In this document: positions 25,531-39,190 of the stretch, piece by piece
Layout: the number at the start of each line of letters is the position of its first letter
How positions within the stretch are numbered: position 1 is the stretch's first letter
From: Dipteris shenzhenensis
Taxonomy: Eukaryota
NCBI GenBank assembly: GCA_047967505.1
Contig: CM106538.1
Strand: one strand, 5' to 3'
DNA length: 64,000 bases
Position numbers and translations under genes: made by a program
The notes under the pieces: model-generated
Told to the model about the DNA's origin: nothing
What the model saw: only the letters and a program-made list of their open reading frames with translations
The model's database searches: none

Positions 25531-26895
25531 ATGCTTATGCTTATGCGGAAATAGAGAATGAGCTTATGCTTCTCTCATTCTCTATTTCCGCATAAGCTCA
25601 TGCATAAGCATAAGCTTATGCGGAAACTTAAGCATAAGCTCATGCTCATGCATGAGCATAAGCATGAGCTTATGCTTGAGCATAAGCATAAGCATAAGCT
25701 CATGCTTATGCTTATGCAGAAATAGAGAATGAGCTTATGTGGAAATAGAGAATGAGTTTCCGCATAAGCTTCTCTCATTCTCTATTTCCGCATAAGCTCA
25801 TGCATAAGCATAAGCTTATGCGGAAACTTAAGCATAAGCTCATGCTCATGCATGAGCATAAGCTCATGCTTATGCTTATGCGGAAATAGAGAATGAGCTT
25901 ATGCGGAAATAGAAAATGAGCTTATGCTTCTCTCATTCTCTATTTCTGCATAAGCTCATCCATAAGCATAAGCTTATGCAGAAACTTAAGCATAAGCTCA
26001 TGCTCATGCATGAGCATAAGCATGAGCTTATGCTTATGCTTATGCTTAAGCATAAGCATAAGCATAATATAAGCTCATGCTTATGCTTATGCAGAAATAG
26101 AGAATGAGCTTATGCGGAAATAGAGAATGACTTTCCGCATAAGCTTCTCTCATTCTCTATTTCCGCATAAGCTCATGCATAAGCATAAGCTTATGCGGAA
26201 ACTTAAGCATAAGCTCATGCTCATGCATGAGCATAAGCATGAGCTTATGCTTATGCTTATGCTTGAGCATAAGCATAAGCATAAGCTCATGCTTATGCTT
26301 ATCGGAAATAGAGAATGAGCTTATGTGGAAATAGAGAATGAGTTTCTGCATAAGCTTCTCTCATTCTCTATTTTCGCATAAGCTCATGCATAAGCATAAG
26401 CGTATGCGGAAACTTAAGCATAAGCTCATGCTCATGCATGAGCATAAGCATGAGCTTATGCTTATGCTTATGCTTGAGCATAAGCATAAGCATAAGCTCA
26501 TGCTTATGCTTATGCGGAAATAGAGAATGAGCTTATGTGGAAATAGAGAATGAGTTTCCGCATAAGCTTCTCTCATTCTCTATTTCCGCATAAGCTCATG
26601 CATAAGCATAAGCTTATGCGGAAACTTAAGCATAAGCTCATGCTCATGCATGAGCATAAGCTCATGCTTATACTTATGCGGAAATAGAGAATGAGCTTAT
26701 GCGAAAATAGAGAATGAGCTTATGCTTCTCTCATTCTCTATTTCCGCATAAGCTCATGCATAAGCATAAGCTTATGCAGAAACTTAAGCATAAGCTCATG
26801 CTCATGCATGAGCATAAGCATGAGCTTATGCTTATGCATAAGCATAAGTATAAGCTCATGCTTAAGCTTATGCGGAAATAGAGAATGAGCTTATG
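25531..26895. repeat. Palindromic higher-order tandem array (~212-bp unit built from ATGCTT/AAGCAT/ATGAGC hexamers)
   Basis: Units start near 26145, 26356 and 26567; each holds CATTCTCTATTTCCGCATAAGC and its reverse complement GCTTATGCGGAAATAGAGAATG. Confidence 0.92.
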
Positions 26896-26896
26896 C

Positions 26897-29800
26897 TGAT
26901 GTCAGAGTCTGAGGTCAAAATGCGAGAGTTGCAATCAACACAATTGTACGAGGGTGCTAGGATGTCTAAACTACGTGCTTGTCTCTCAATCTTGAATCTA
27001 CAAGTACAGTATGGGTGGTCGGATACAAGTGTCTCGGCCTTAATGAGGTTAGCCCTTGCATTAATTTGACTCATTATTTGGATATTGTTTGTTTTGAGAA
27101 TCATCATTTGGATACTGTCTTTGTCATAGGTTGCTCCAGAAGATGTTGCCTGCACCAAATACCATGCCTGCATCAAGAGATGAAGCGAAAAAGATGCTAA
27201 CAATGGTGGGTATGGATTATGATACCATCCATGCTTGCCGTAATGATTGTATTCTCTTTCTTCGTGAGCATGGAGATTTGGCTAGTTGTCCAAAGTGTGG
27301 GGAACAACAATATAGAGATGACTTGTAGGGTGAGCGGATACCGGTAAAGGTCTTAAGACACTTTCCCATCATTGCAAGAATACAACACATGTTTCGATGC
27401 AAATCCATAGAGGAGTTGATGACATGGCATGTATCTCATCGGTCCACTGATCACACATTGAGGATTCCCGCAGATTGTGCAGCTTGGAAGCACATAGATA
27501 ATCAGTGGCCGGACTTTGCGAGGGAGCCACGCAACTTACATCTTGGGCTAGCCATGGACGGCATGAATCCTTTCGGGTTACGCTCGACATCTTGGTCGAC
27601 ATGGCCCATAGTCATGGTGAATTACAATATCCCACCATGGCTAACAATAAAAAATGGACACCTCATGCTTGCACTACTTGTGCCAGGAAAGTACAAGGCA
27701 AAAAACATGGACGTGTACATGGCACCTTTGATAGAGGAGTTACAGATATTATGGAGAGGAGTGCAGGTCTTTGATATTTCCAGAGCTCCTGGACATACCA
27801 ATGATATTTTGGTCAGGGGTATCTTGATGTGGACCATGCATGACTACCCAGGATATGGAGAGTGCACAGGTACGTGGTTGTGTCTTTACATGTACAATAA
27901 AGGATTATGCTTTTTTTACTCTCTTTTGCACGCATGTCTTGTACTAACACATTCATGCACGCGTGCAGGACTTGTTACAAGTGGGTACCATGCTTGTCCT
28001 ATTTGTGGACCGGCTCTGAAATTGCTTGCACGCTACTCCAAACATATGAGGAAAAATGTTTATGAAGGTCATGCTCGATACCTTCCGCTCTCGACCATCT
28101 CGCACGTGGAGGTCAGCTTGATCCACCACCATCATATTTGAAGGCAAGTGATTGGATTCAAGCGTGGAGGGCGAATGGAGAGGAACCTCCTCCTGGTATG
28201 AAGAGGCTATCGATCTTTCACGAGCTTCCTTATTGGGGTCAGTTACAAATCAATCATCTCTTGGATCCCATGCATATCTTCAAGAATGTGGGGGCTACTA
28301 TTTGGGCACATTTGGTTGGTTCCAAGGACTCAAGAGGAGTGCGAGAAGACTTGCGTGCTATGAATAGGATGTCTCATTTGTGGCCCCAAGTGCATGCTTC
28401 GGGAAAAGTTGTCCTCCCGAAAGCAACGTGGATCCTCTCTACGAGGGAGGAGGCATCAGTCAAGGCAGACATTGCCTCTTTTCAAACACCGACAGCATTT
28501 TCAAAGGACAATAAGCTTAGTGGCCTCAAGTCCCATGATTGGCACAAAGTCTTACAGGTATTCTAAGTAGAATTAGTGTACCGATAATAGTGATGCATTA
28601 GCGTAATTATTATTATGTTATATTGTTGACATGACTTCATTGTTGCTTTGATAGTTCATCCTCCCAATTACAATAAAAGGGTGCTTACAAGAAGATGTTA
28701 GACATGCTATATTCAAGATCTGTGGTATTGTGAGGTATGCTTACTATCAAATTGCATTATGTATTTTCTTGATGGACATGTGAAATAGGTGGATATCTCA
28801 AATATCTTACATATGCATGGACATGTGAAATAGGTGGATATCTCAAAAAGAGATCTCTATATTGAGCATCGAGAAGGCTAGGGTGGAATCCATTGAAGCC
28901 GTATGCTTGCTTGAGAAGCACTTTCCCTCGAGCATTATGACAACTCAAGTCTAGTTGCTTGTGCACATAGTTGATGAGGTGGCTATAGCAGGTACCGTTC
29001 ATAGTCGATGGATGTTTTTTCTCGAGCGGTTTATGAAAACTTTAAAGGGGTTTGTAAGACAAAGAGCAAGACCGGAAGTAAGCATGGTAGAGGGATGGCT
29101 TGTGCAAGAGTCATTAGTATATATCACAGAGTTTCTTGCATCCACGAATCCTGATATGCCGCAAGCTTGGCACAACAAGGATGATGATCGCATCGTTGGT
29201 GAGGTTCCCCAAGGAAAAGGGATTGAAAGAAAAATGAGCGAAGAGCAAATGGAGAAATTCAATAAGTTTTGTATCCTCAATAGCCCTGAGATGCAGAAGT
29301 GGATTGAGAGATATGAAGTGGCCAAAGCAGAAAGAATAAATGCAAGGATGAGATTCAGAGTAATGTATAGGCGATCACAACCATATCCATGAGATCTGGC
29401 TCTTCTCCCTACTCACATGTCACTTGATTGGCTACAACTGGCTCTACGTAAAGCCGAACGTGATGAAGAGACAATAAACGAGCGCGAGCGAGAGTTATCA
29501 TCTGGATGCATGGTGCATGTAAGTTTCTTATCTCTTGACGTAATTAAGTAATTATTTGTGGCAATATATGCTATAAAATAGGTGCATCTTCATTGTTTTA
29601 ATGATCCTCTTTTACAGTACAAAAAGTATAGTGCATTATGGTCATATGAACGACATTTTCACATGGAACGCATCGATTCAAAGAGAGTCACGTATGATTG
29701 TGGAGTCATGGCTAACTTCACACAAGATAGCCGAGCAAGTGCTTCGGATACCAATCTTCTCTCCTCACAATTGGATTATTGTGGAACCATACGCGACATC

Positions 29801-30526
29801 TATGAAATTGATTTCAGACGATTTACTATTTTCATTCTTGATGTAAAATGGTTTAGAACTACTTACAACGGTCCCCATGCGACAGTGAGAAAAGATAGTA
29901 GCGGTCTCTTTGCAATAGACTCCACCAAACATTGGACCGATGAAAGTGATACTTTTGTTCTTTCCGAGCACTGTGAGCAGGTGCATACTAATGATTTAAT
30001 TAGTCGAAGCTTTCGTTTTTAAAGTCCATTGATACATGTACTTGAGCATAATTTCATATATATAATTGACAACATTTGGCACCCATCTTCAATATAGGTG
30101 GTTTTTCATCCAGATCGTTCTGATCCAAGATGGTGGTATGTGATCCAAGTTGCACCACGAAGTAAGCAAATTTTTGAAGATCGAGATGTGGATATAGAGA
30201 TGCCACTACCAATGCCGGATCCAATTGATGAATCTAGCGAAAAAGATGTAGATCACCATATGAGCCAAGAGGAAGATGCGCATAATGACATCGCATGGGA
30301 GGAGGATGGAGATCACGATATTGATGAAGAAGACAACAATCATCAAGATCAATCACCACACTTAAGCTTTATTAAAGAAGATGATCAAATACTTTTAGGT
30401 GAACGTACGATGCTAGAGTACGATGATGATATAGGAGATCAACTCGGTATAGAGTTAGAGATAGACTTGCTTGGTGCCTTAGACTTGGCTCAAGATGAAA
30501 CAGTTGATGTAAATGCTCTTATTTGA
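26897..30526 (+). pseudogene. CACTA/EnSpm transposase (TnpD/Tnp2-like), intron-containing, 5' end missing
   Basis: IHACRNDCILF, CPKCGE, LGLAMDGMNPF, WTMHDYPGYG, GYHACPIC, HLLDPMHIFKNV, GLKSHDWH, RWMFFLERFMKTLK, YCGTIRDI, WWYVI; GT-AG introns; stops at 27326 and 29390, frameshifts, small deletion near 28493. Confidence 0.93.
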
Positions 30527-30689
30527 TTTTTCTCATCTCAAACTTGGACATGAATATATGAGCTTCAAAGGCTTGATGTACATGCTCTCATTTTTTTATT
30601 CTCTATGAGCTCAAACATGTATGAAAATTTAAAAAAATTTGTCATTGGAAAAAACTAACTTTTAAGGCCTATAAAAAAAAAAAAACCTG

Positions 30690-30863
30690 TCTGTAAAAAC
30701 GTCGCTATAATATTTCGTATTAGTGTCGCTATATAGTGACTTTCAGCAACAGTCGCTATATAGTGACGATTTACGAAACCCACTTTTCATACCGACGATT
30801 AACGCTAAGCGGGCGCTAAACATCGGTACGTAAACGTCGCAATAGGATCCGTGTGTAGTAGTG
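30690..30863 (+). mobile_element. CACTA right terminus with subterminal repeats
   Basis: ...GTGTAGTAGTG ends at 30863 (reverse complement CACTACTACAC); GTCGCTATATAGTGAC repeats as at 18365-18500. Confidence 0.88.
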
Positions 30864-31718
30864 GGAGTGTGCTTTGTCAACCTGGTGAACATAAGAAAGA
30901 GTACCTATTCTACTTCACGAGTCAACAACTCAATGATGCAGAGATCAACTATACCACCACAGAAAGAGAAGCCCTAGCAATGATGTATAGTGTAAAGAAA
31001 TTTTTACACTATCTACTGGGGCAAATGATTTTGTCTTCTACACCGACCATCAAGCATTGCTTTATCTTGTGAACCGTCCGTGTACAACAAGAAGAATAAC
31101 CAGATGGCTCCTCTTGCTTCAAGAATTCAACTTCAAAATAGTGGTCCGCAAGGGTGCCCAACACTATATTGCCGATCACGTCTCGTGTCAAGTCGGGAGA
31201 AGAAGCCACTGGGATAGAAGACAACTTACTAGATGCCACACTATTTCAAATAGATGTTGTTCCAAAGTGGTGTGGAGATATCATTGGGTACTTGATGGTA
31301 GGAAGACCACCCCCTGAAATGAAAGCAGTAGATGCCAAAAAATTGATTCTAAAGGCTGCACCCTATCAACTCATTGCAGGACAACTGTACAAGATGGGCA
31401 AGGACCAGATATTAAGAAGATGTGTAATGCCTCATGAGATCATGTACCCTGAGTGAAGTCCATGAAGGCATTGTAGGAGGACACTTCCAAGGGGAAGCCA
31501 CAGCAAGAAAAGTTCTCCTTACAGGCTATTGGTGGCCAACACTATGAGCAAATGCCTATGAATGTGTAAAAGGCTGTGATGTATGCCAACGCCGGACTAC
31601 TAAACCACAACACAAAGACTTCAATCCCCTAACAATAGTTGTTGCACAAAAACCATTTGAAAAATGGGGGATTGACTATGTGGGTCCCATACATCCAGCA
31701 GCAAAAGGAACATAGGCA
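30864..31718 (+). mobile_element. Gypsy family B continuation: rest of RNase H and N-terminal integrase
   Basis: SVLCQ...YTTTEREALAM...TDHQ...RWLLLLQEF...HYIADH; then the GGHF/CDVCQ region and PFEKWGIDYVGP; truncated at ~31718. Confidence 0.88.
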
Positions 31719-32074
31719 TAATGAGACCCCCGCCAAACCTCTTTCCAAGAAGATTCGATGGTAGAGTCCGCAACCTCAGCAATGAGATCTCCTCTGAAAT
31801 TCATAGTCGTCTACCCCTCCTTAAGAGGAGATAAGCTTCCTGACTATAGACCATAAATTGTATGGTGTAAAAGCATTACAACAAGAACGACTCGCATGCC
31901 ACAAGCTCAATAGCCACTGGGTTATGCACATGGCATCCCAACTCCGAAATCAAAATAAGACATAACCCGAGGACGGGTAATAAAATGGATCCGGGAGTAT
32001 GTTGTCTCTATGCCAACATGGACTTAGGTGGAACAGAATGTGTGTGTAGAGTAGCGGTGACAAAGCTCCGCTTG

Positions 32075-33258
32075 TACTTGCATAAGGCTAGAAATAATCC
32101 CTGTTAGAAATCCAACTTGCATGTTCTACATGCAAGTTCTACATACGATTCCTACATGCAACTCCTACATGCGAGTTCTACATGCAACTCCTACATGCGA
32201 GTTCTACATGCAACTCCTACATGCGAGTTCTACATGCAAGTTCTACATGCAACTCCTACATGCGAGTTCTACATGCAACTCCTACATGCAACTCCTACAT
32301 GCGAGTTCTACATGCAACTCCTACATGCGAGTTCTACATATAGAGAGAGAATATCTTACAATTCCTACATGCAGAGAGAGAAGCTCTCCAACTTGTATAA
32401 ATATCCTATAATGGAATGAAGCCCACACTCTTTGGGGCATTGTGTTGAGTTCTACTTTGGTATTCCAAGCAATTGTCTCAAGCGTCCATGCTTCCTTGCA
32501 CTCCACATCCAAAAGCATGTCCTAACCTTGCAACTCCTTCTCCCCTCTCCTCCAACCTTGCAACCCATCCTCTCCCTCTCCTCCTCCCTCCTCCTCCTCC
32601 CCTCTCCTCATCCCCTCTCCTCCTCCCTCCTTCTCCTCCTCCTCCCTCCTTCTCCTCCTCCTCCCTCCTCCTCCTCCTCCTCTCTCCTCCTCCCCTCTCC
32701 TCCTCCGTTCTCCTCCTTCCTCCTCCCTCCTCCTCCTCCTCCTTCCTCCTCTCTCTTCTTTCCTCGATGCTCTTACACCTTCTTCCTCTCCCACTCCTAT
32801 GCTCCCCCTAAACCCTTAGTTCCTCAACCCTTAATCTCCATGATCTACAAGGGAGACGAGTTCTCCACCATGTACAGTACTCTAAACCTTGGAACCTATT
32901 CTAAACTCTGGAACCTCTTCTAAACTCTGGAACCTACTTCTAAACCTTGGAACCTCCTTTTAATCCCTGAACCTCCCTCTAACCCTTGAACTCCTCCTAA
33001 ACCCTACAACCCCCAATGATAACAAAAGCCTTCATTACCACAACCATGATGATACACGTCCCTTTTATACATGCGAGTTATATGTTTGCTTACCATACTT
33101 AAGCCTACGTCTCTCACTGGAACAGGACTCGAGGTCCTAAGCTACATGTATACTACAAACAACAACCCCGATATATCTATAGGTGACAAAAAGCCTCGAA
33201 ACCCTACATACTGAGAATACCCTGCTCTTCCTATGGAAGGCGTGGGAAAGAGCCAACA
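32075..33258 (+). mobile_element. LTR of gypsy family B (3' LTR or solo), with internal 13-bp tandem repeats
   Basis: Homologous to 14860-15760 and 47590-48729; ends AGCCAACA with no PBS; CTACATGCAACTC/CTACATGCGAGTT repeats at 32117-32345; left boundary approximate. Confidence 0.85.
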
Positions 33259-36200
33259 TTAAACTTATCCAATGTATCTTTCATAAGTGGCGGCATGAAC
33301 ACAAGTGGTGTATTTGGGGAGGCTACACCCAACCAGATTATAAGTAAGTACCTATGACCGACACTGATGCAGGGCTTCAGCCTCAGTGGAGAATTCAATT
33401 TTTGTGGCATGCAGCATTTTGGACCACATATTGCTGCACGGGGCCTGAACGAGAATCGACCCCATATTTATGCCCCTACGCCATCACTAAAGTTGGCTCG
33501 ATTTTGGGATCCAAAGATTGCATACAATTTTTCGCACTTTGATTTTTCCTTAATTGGCTCTTCCCTTGCTCTGGCCGCCTAGATGGAAGAGTTCAACACA
33601 ATATTCGGATCTATCCATGATCCAACTTTTGTAGGCCCCGTGCATTTTTTTAAGCTATTGATAATTAGCAGAGAGCTACGAGTGGAGATTGGTTTTCAAT
33701 CTAAACGAGGGCCCTTCATTCCCTCAGGTCATGCCGCTCTACATACATGTCCAAAATCTTCATAGACATCACATCCAAACATTTGAAGATATGTTCTAGA
33801 CACATTTTTGGAAGCCTCTCCATCCCTTTTTTCGCATCTCCCATAGGACACTTGACAGCTATTGCACTATGAACAACACCCTCAAGTCCAACATCATGCA
33901 CCAGACACAGTCCATGAATGGATTGTGGACAGGAAGGGGGGCATCTTAACGGATCTGTCCTATCCAAATCCTACAGGTTTTGAGGCACAAAGGGCTCCAT
34001 TTCAAAGTAGTCATCAGGATTGTCCAAATTGGCTAGAATAACACAAGAACCATTTGGATCTCATATATGAATAGCACAAGAGCCATTTGTAGATAGAGTG
34101 TAGAGAGAATTAGCATATGCCTTGGCACTAGATGGGCCGAAGTGGTTGTAACAAGAGAGAGAGAGAGAGAGAAATTCTTGATTTCTAAAGGTTTCTATGT
34201 TATGTTTGAGTTTTTTAAAGTTTTATGTGAGAGGTTGAGGGTGAAAGCTATATCATTTTGGTAGGAGAGATTTTAAATGCCTTTGCCTCTTCTCCTCCAA
34301 GGCTTGCTAAATGCAACTCTTACATCAACTGCTAACCTATGTGCCTAGCACAACTGCAATGTAACTCAATTGTAATAACTACAAAACAATGTAACTCGAT
34401 CGCCTAACTCAGTTGCAATGTAACTCAATCGCAATAACTACAAACGAAAACAAGGACATCTACTACAACTATAACCAAGAGCAAACGAGCTATATAGAGG
34501 CAACACAAAATTGACAAGGTACATGTGACATGCCTACAACAACCAAGAGACTAGTAGTAACTATGGTGATCTACAATGACATCAACATAGAAAAGATTTG
34601 ACAACAACGATAAAACTCAGATGCAAATGACGATCAAGCAAAAGAATAATAGGTAGCCACATACACTCAGCACAACAAAGAGCAAGCTAGATATGACATG
34701 TGGTGAATGATGCTTGAAGCAATAATAGAATAGCTCCAACAAATAAACACTTCGACAAAGAATGCCTCAAGCAACAATGGAACAACTGCAATAGAGAGAC
34801 TTAGAGCAAGCCTCTGATATTGTCATCTCTTCTTGACCTGCATCTTCCTCCTGCTCCACATCACCATTTGCTACCATTTCATTGCCTTCAAGCTCCATAT
34901 CAAACCCTTCTCTCCATCACAAATCTTGATATGTGGTGGTAAATAGGGTCCATGTGTTATTTCCAAATCAACATTACCATCTCACGCTACCACATGGTAG
35001 CACAATTGCCATCTCATCAATAGCCAACCCACTACCATGTCATCAAACAAATGGCAATGCCACATCACAAGCTTAAGAAAGTCTGGATCGTGCTCTCCTA
35101 GTGCAACGTGGAATTAGCAAAAGATCAAGGGGGATCAAACCATAGAAGAAACTCCATGAGAGACATACGGTAGGCAATACTCAATCTATTCCAATGTGTG
35201 TCAACCGTACATGATAGGTCTCTTATATAGAGAGTGCCCTTTGAATAGTCAACATCTGTGGAATTCTCTAATCCACATCTCTCCTTGTGGATATTCTCAA
35301 ACCACACCTCCACATCATGTAGTCCACATCCTAGGGTGGTTACTTTAATACATTCCTATACCATACCTTAGCCCTTTAATCTATGTGCTCATGGCACCAT
35401 ATCTCAACACCTCCCCTTGGTGCCATGATCCTTTGGCTACTACAAGGTGGTCAGATGTGAGTTACAAATCCATCACCTCCCCTTAGTGCATGCATTGTTA
35501 CTTAAGGTGGTCAAGTGTGGCTTTTACATGTCAATACCTCCCCTGGGTGCTTTCATAGCTACTCTCAGGTGGTTAGGTTTGATTTACAAAATATAGGCAA
35601 GGTTGGCAAGGGTTTTGTTTCTCAATACATTCCATTGATGTCACCATTTGGCTCATGGCTTGATGACGATGGCGTTTGCTTCTTTGCTTGGTGTAGCTTC
35701 ATGCATGATGCTTTGTTCTTCCATGTGCCTTGATGCTTTATGTGTGGATGCCATGTTTCGGGCTATGGTCATCTCATACACTTGTGCTTTTGGCATGCTT
35801 ATGATAGAAATGTGTGCATTCATGCTTTGCTTTATCATTTGTTGCAAAGGTCTTACCAATCGATTTCTTTCAATATTGGCAGTGTCTAATTGCATACAAT
35901 GATTCTGATGTGACAGGCATGTAGAGCTCAAAAAGATGACCACTTTTCCTTTTTGGAGCGCGTGCCAATTCTTCCTGGATTGGAAGTTATGGCTTGTCGA
36001 AGATTATGTGAAGAAGAGAGGTCCAATTGATGATGTGGCACAGGGATTCACATGTAGCATTCCAAACTGTGCTTAGAAGGAAGCTGTGTGCTTAGTTGGC
36101 ACTTATGATGACATGGCATTTTTACCTAACCAAAGTTAGCTAACAGAAGGCTAAACAAATTTAATCATGGTAGATTTTACTCTACCGTGGTTAGATTTTA

Positions 36201-36399
36201 GTCTACCTTGGTTTAAAAATCTAACCTACGATTTAAGCTTTCTAGGCTAAGGTTGCAGGAAGTGATGGGTGGCAGAAATGATCCGGAGGCGGCATCGACA
36301 CAACGATGGCGAATCCCAATCCGAGTCCTCGTTCTTCTTCATCGTTGTCAGCGATTGTGGGAGGTGTGAAAATTATCAAGTTGGTTGTGGAAACCAAAC

Positions 36400-37000
36400 T
36401 TTTGGAAATTATCAAGCTGATTGTGGAAACCATGTTGGATGCACTTAAATAGATTTATAATGTATGATTTTTATGGAAATCCTAGCCATGATGAAGATTC
36501 TTGTTATTGCAAAATATATATCAAGTTGAAGGCCACTCATGATGCTCGCAATAATGCTTATCTCATTCATGAGAATAGTGATGGTAATAATTCCAAAAGA
36601 GAGGAACTTCATAATGGACTACTTCTTGTGAATATGATTACATGGCAAAGAATAAAATTTCTTTAACAGTGGATTCTGGAGCTACTTAACATATGACACA
36701 ACACCATTAATGGCTGGCTAATTTTTGTTTGCTTCAAGTGAGAAAGCTTGTTTAATTCTTCCTATCTTGTTAAAGATATTGGAGACCTAAAGATACTACA
36801 TCAGGTATGCACATCTTGCATGGAGTTTTCTATGTTTCAAGGTTGCATCAAAATCTAATTTTAGTATATTTAGACTTATAGATATTGGATTTTTTGTATT
36901 CTTTTATTAGCATGTTTGCTTATTTATCAAGCAAGGTTGTATTCTTGGGGTGGTACCAAGAAAAGGAAATTTATATGAGTTGACGTTGACAATATGTGCA
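36400..37000 (+). mobile_element. Highly degraded copia gag/protease fragment
   Basis: VDSGAT*HMT at ~36669. Confidence 0.5.
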
Positions 37001-37139
37001 TATTTATAATAATATGGGTTGATGTTGAGTTCACCAAGAAAAGGAAAATTATATGAGTTGATGTTGAGAACTAAGTTTATATACAAAATACTCAGATAAT
37101 TGCTATCTACCTAGAGTGTGGCCCCATTGAATAACCAAA

Positions 37140-38740
37140 TTCTTGAAAGAGTGTGGATCACTAAATAACCAAATTCTTTCAAGAGAAGGATCCATCTAGC
37201 TAGCCTTCCAAATAGGTGTTGCTTATCTGCCAAATAGATTAATGTCTAATGATCAACATGAAAAATCACTTTGTTTCCAAGAAGATAATGTGAAAATTTG
37301 ATAAGGGAATATTTCATCCTAAGGCTTCACGTCCTATGGCTAAATAATTTTGCATTATCTTGCTCATCATTCTACTTGCATAGTACATTAGTTTGTACCA
37401 ATTCTTTATATGGATCTGCATCAAAGCTGCTCCAACTACAATGTTGGAGGGATCCACAAAAACATGAAATGGAAGCTCCCAATTTGGAGAGAAAAGAATT
37501 AGTGCAACAATGAGAATTTCTTTCAATAAAGAGAAGGCCTTTTGCTAGTTTTTGGACCAAATATATAGTGCATCTTTTTGAGTTAGACTTGTCCTCGGGG
37601 GGGTCACTATGTACAAACCCTCTATATCACGTGCGTTCAAGGCCTATATTTAAAATCCCTTATCTGTAAAATTTTTCATTAATAAAATGTACCCCTTTTC
37701 GATACAAATCTGTAATTTTTTTCCAAAACTATTTAAAATAGTCCCTTATGTATATTTATTTCTATAAATTTTAGAAATAAAAAATATCCTTTTGTTGAAC
37801 TCACGTGATAGAGTTACATATGATGAGTGCCCCCCCCGAGGACTTGTCATCGCTTGACATACATTGGATAAATACCCCAAACATCTATTATGCCACTTAA
37901 TTTGACCAATGAATCTACCAAGTTGTTTTAGATTTTTGAGTGTTGGGCATTTTGAATGGCTTCTACATTTTGAAGATCTACAGTCATACCTTCTTCTAAT
38001 ATTATATGCCCTTGTAAGACTCCTCTTTTGACCCCAAATGCACATTTGTATGGAATTAAATTGAGCCTTGTTGAGTGTGATTTCCCAAAACAGTGCATGA
38101 AATGTTGAAGACGTTTTGATTTTTTGCCAAAGACACTGAAGTCATTTAAGAACACCTCATAGGACTAGTAAGGAATGGAGCAAATACAATTGAAAATATC
38201 CATAAGGAAACTACAGAAGACATGCAATTAATTAATGCTACCATTGTTTGCTTGCCACTCCTATGACTCATGCACTCTCAAGGCAATGCTCACCTACTAG
38301 TATCTTTTTCAAAGAGTGTCACCAATCACGTCACAATGTAGGCCTTCAAAAAAATTGGCTCTTGTTTAGGCGCAATCATACACTAGTGAGGCATGCCTAA
38401 ACTACACCCCTTGTGATAGCTACCATCCATTGCTTTGCTAAGAGGCAGGGTGGTATCTAGCTTCCAAAGAGGGTTGCCGCTCGTGCCACAATGCAGTGCT
38501 TAAAAAATAGTGTGACATACCCAACCTGCAACTTGTTTTGAACTTCCAAAACATAAAACTCCTATCAAAGATGTTAAGTCATCTAAGAACACTCTCATAG
38601 AACTAGTAAGGAATGGAACAAATACCTGCTAACTACATTTCCTAATGGTAGGTGGTGCATTCCTGAGACCAAATGTCATTACATTGCTAGCAAAGACACC
38701 CAATTCCATGATGATGTAGTCTTGTTTTTGTCTAAGTGGG
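37140..38740 (-). mobile_element. Degraded gypsy RT-RNase H fragment
   Basis: MTFGLRNAPPT, FLNDFSVFG, KCAFGV..GHI, FHVFVDPSNIVVGAALMQ...YYASR. Confidence 0.75.
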
Positions 38741-38744
38741 CTTA

Positions 38745-39190
38745 CGAAGAGCAAATGAAAAAATGTTCTAGATTCAAAGAAAATGAAGTGAAAGGATTTA
38801 GGGGAAAATCAGAGGTTTTAATGGGCAAATTTTTGAATGGCAAGTGGAATTGGCAATGACTTGTCAAATGAGAGGACTCAGAAGGGAATGCAAGAGAGGT
38901 GGAGGGGGATGTGACTTTGGTGTGAAAGGGTGACAAGTTACAAGACTTGAATTTAGGCTCATAGGAATCTCCAAAAATGGTCAAAATCAGTGTGCATATA
39001 AATGTCTCAAAGATCAACTAAAAGCTTTATTGCTCGAATTTAAAGACATATTTGCATGGCATTACACATACATGGAAGAGTAGAGCTAAAATTCCATTAG
39101 CACAAGATCAATATGAAGGAGGATGCAATTCCAATTATGCAACAAGATATGGGATGAATCCCAACTATGCAAAATTGGCCACATAATAAA
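38745..39190 (+). mobile_element. Degraded gypsy pre-RT linker fragment (opposite orientation)
   Basis: LNLGS...EFKDIFAWHY...HKINMKEDAIPI...GMNPNYAKL, spread over shifting frames. Confidence 0.55.

Noticed and set aside
32102-33258. TG at 32102 as the LTR start
   Set aside because: Homology with the 47590 copy extends further upstream (taaggctag.aataatc), and no TSD matches.
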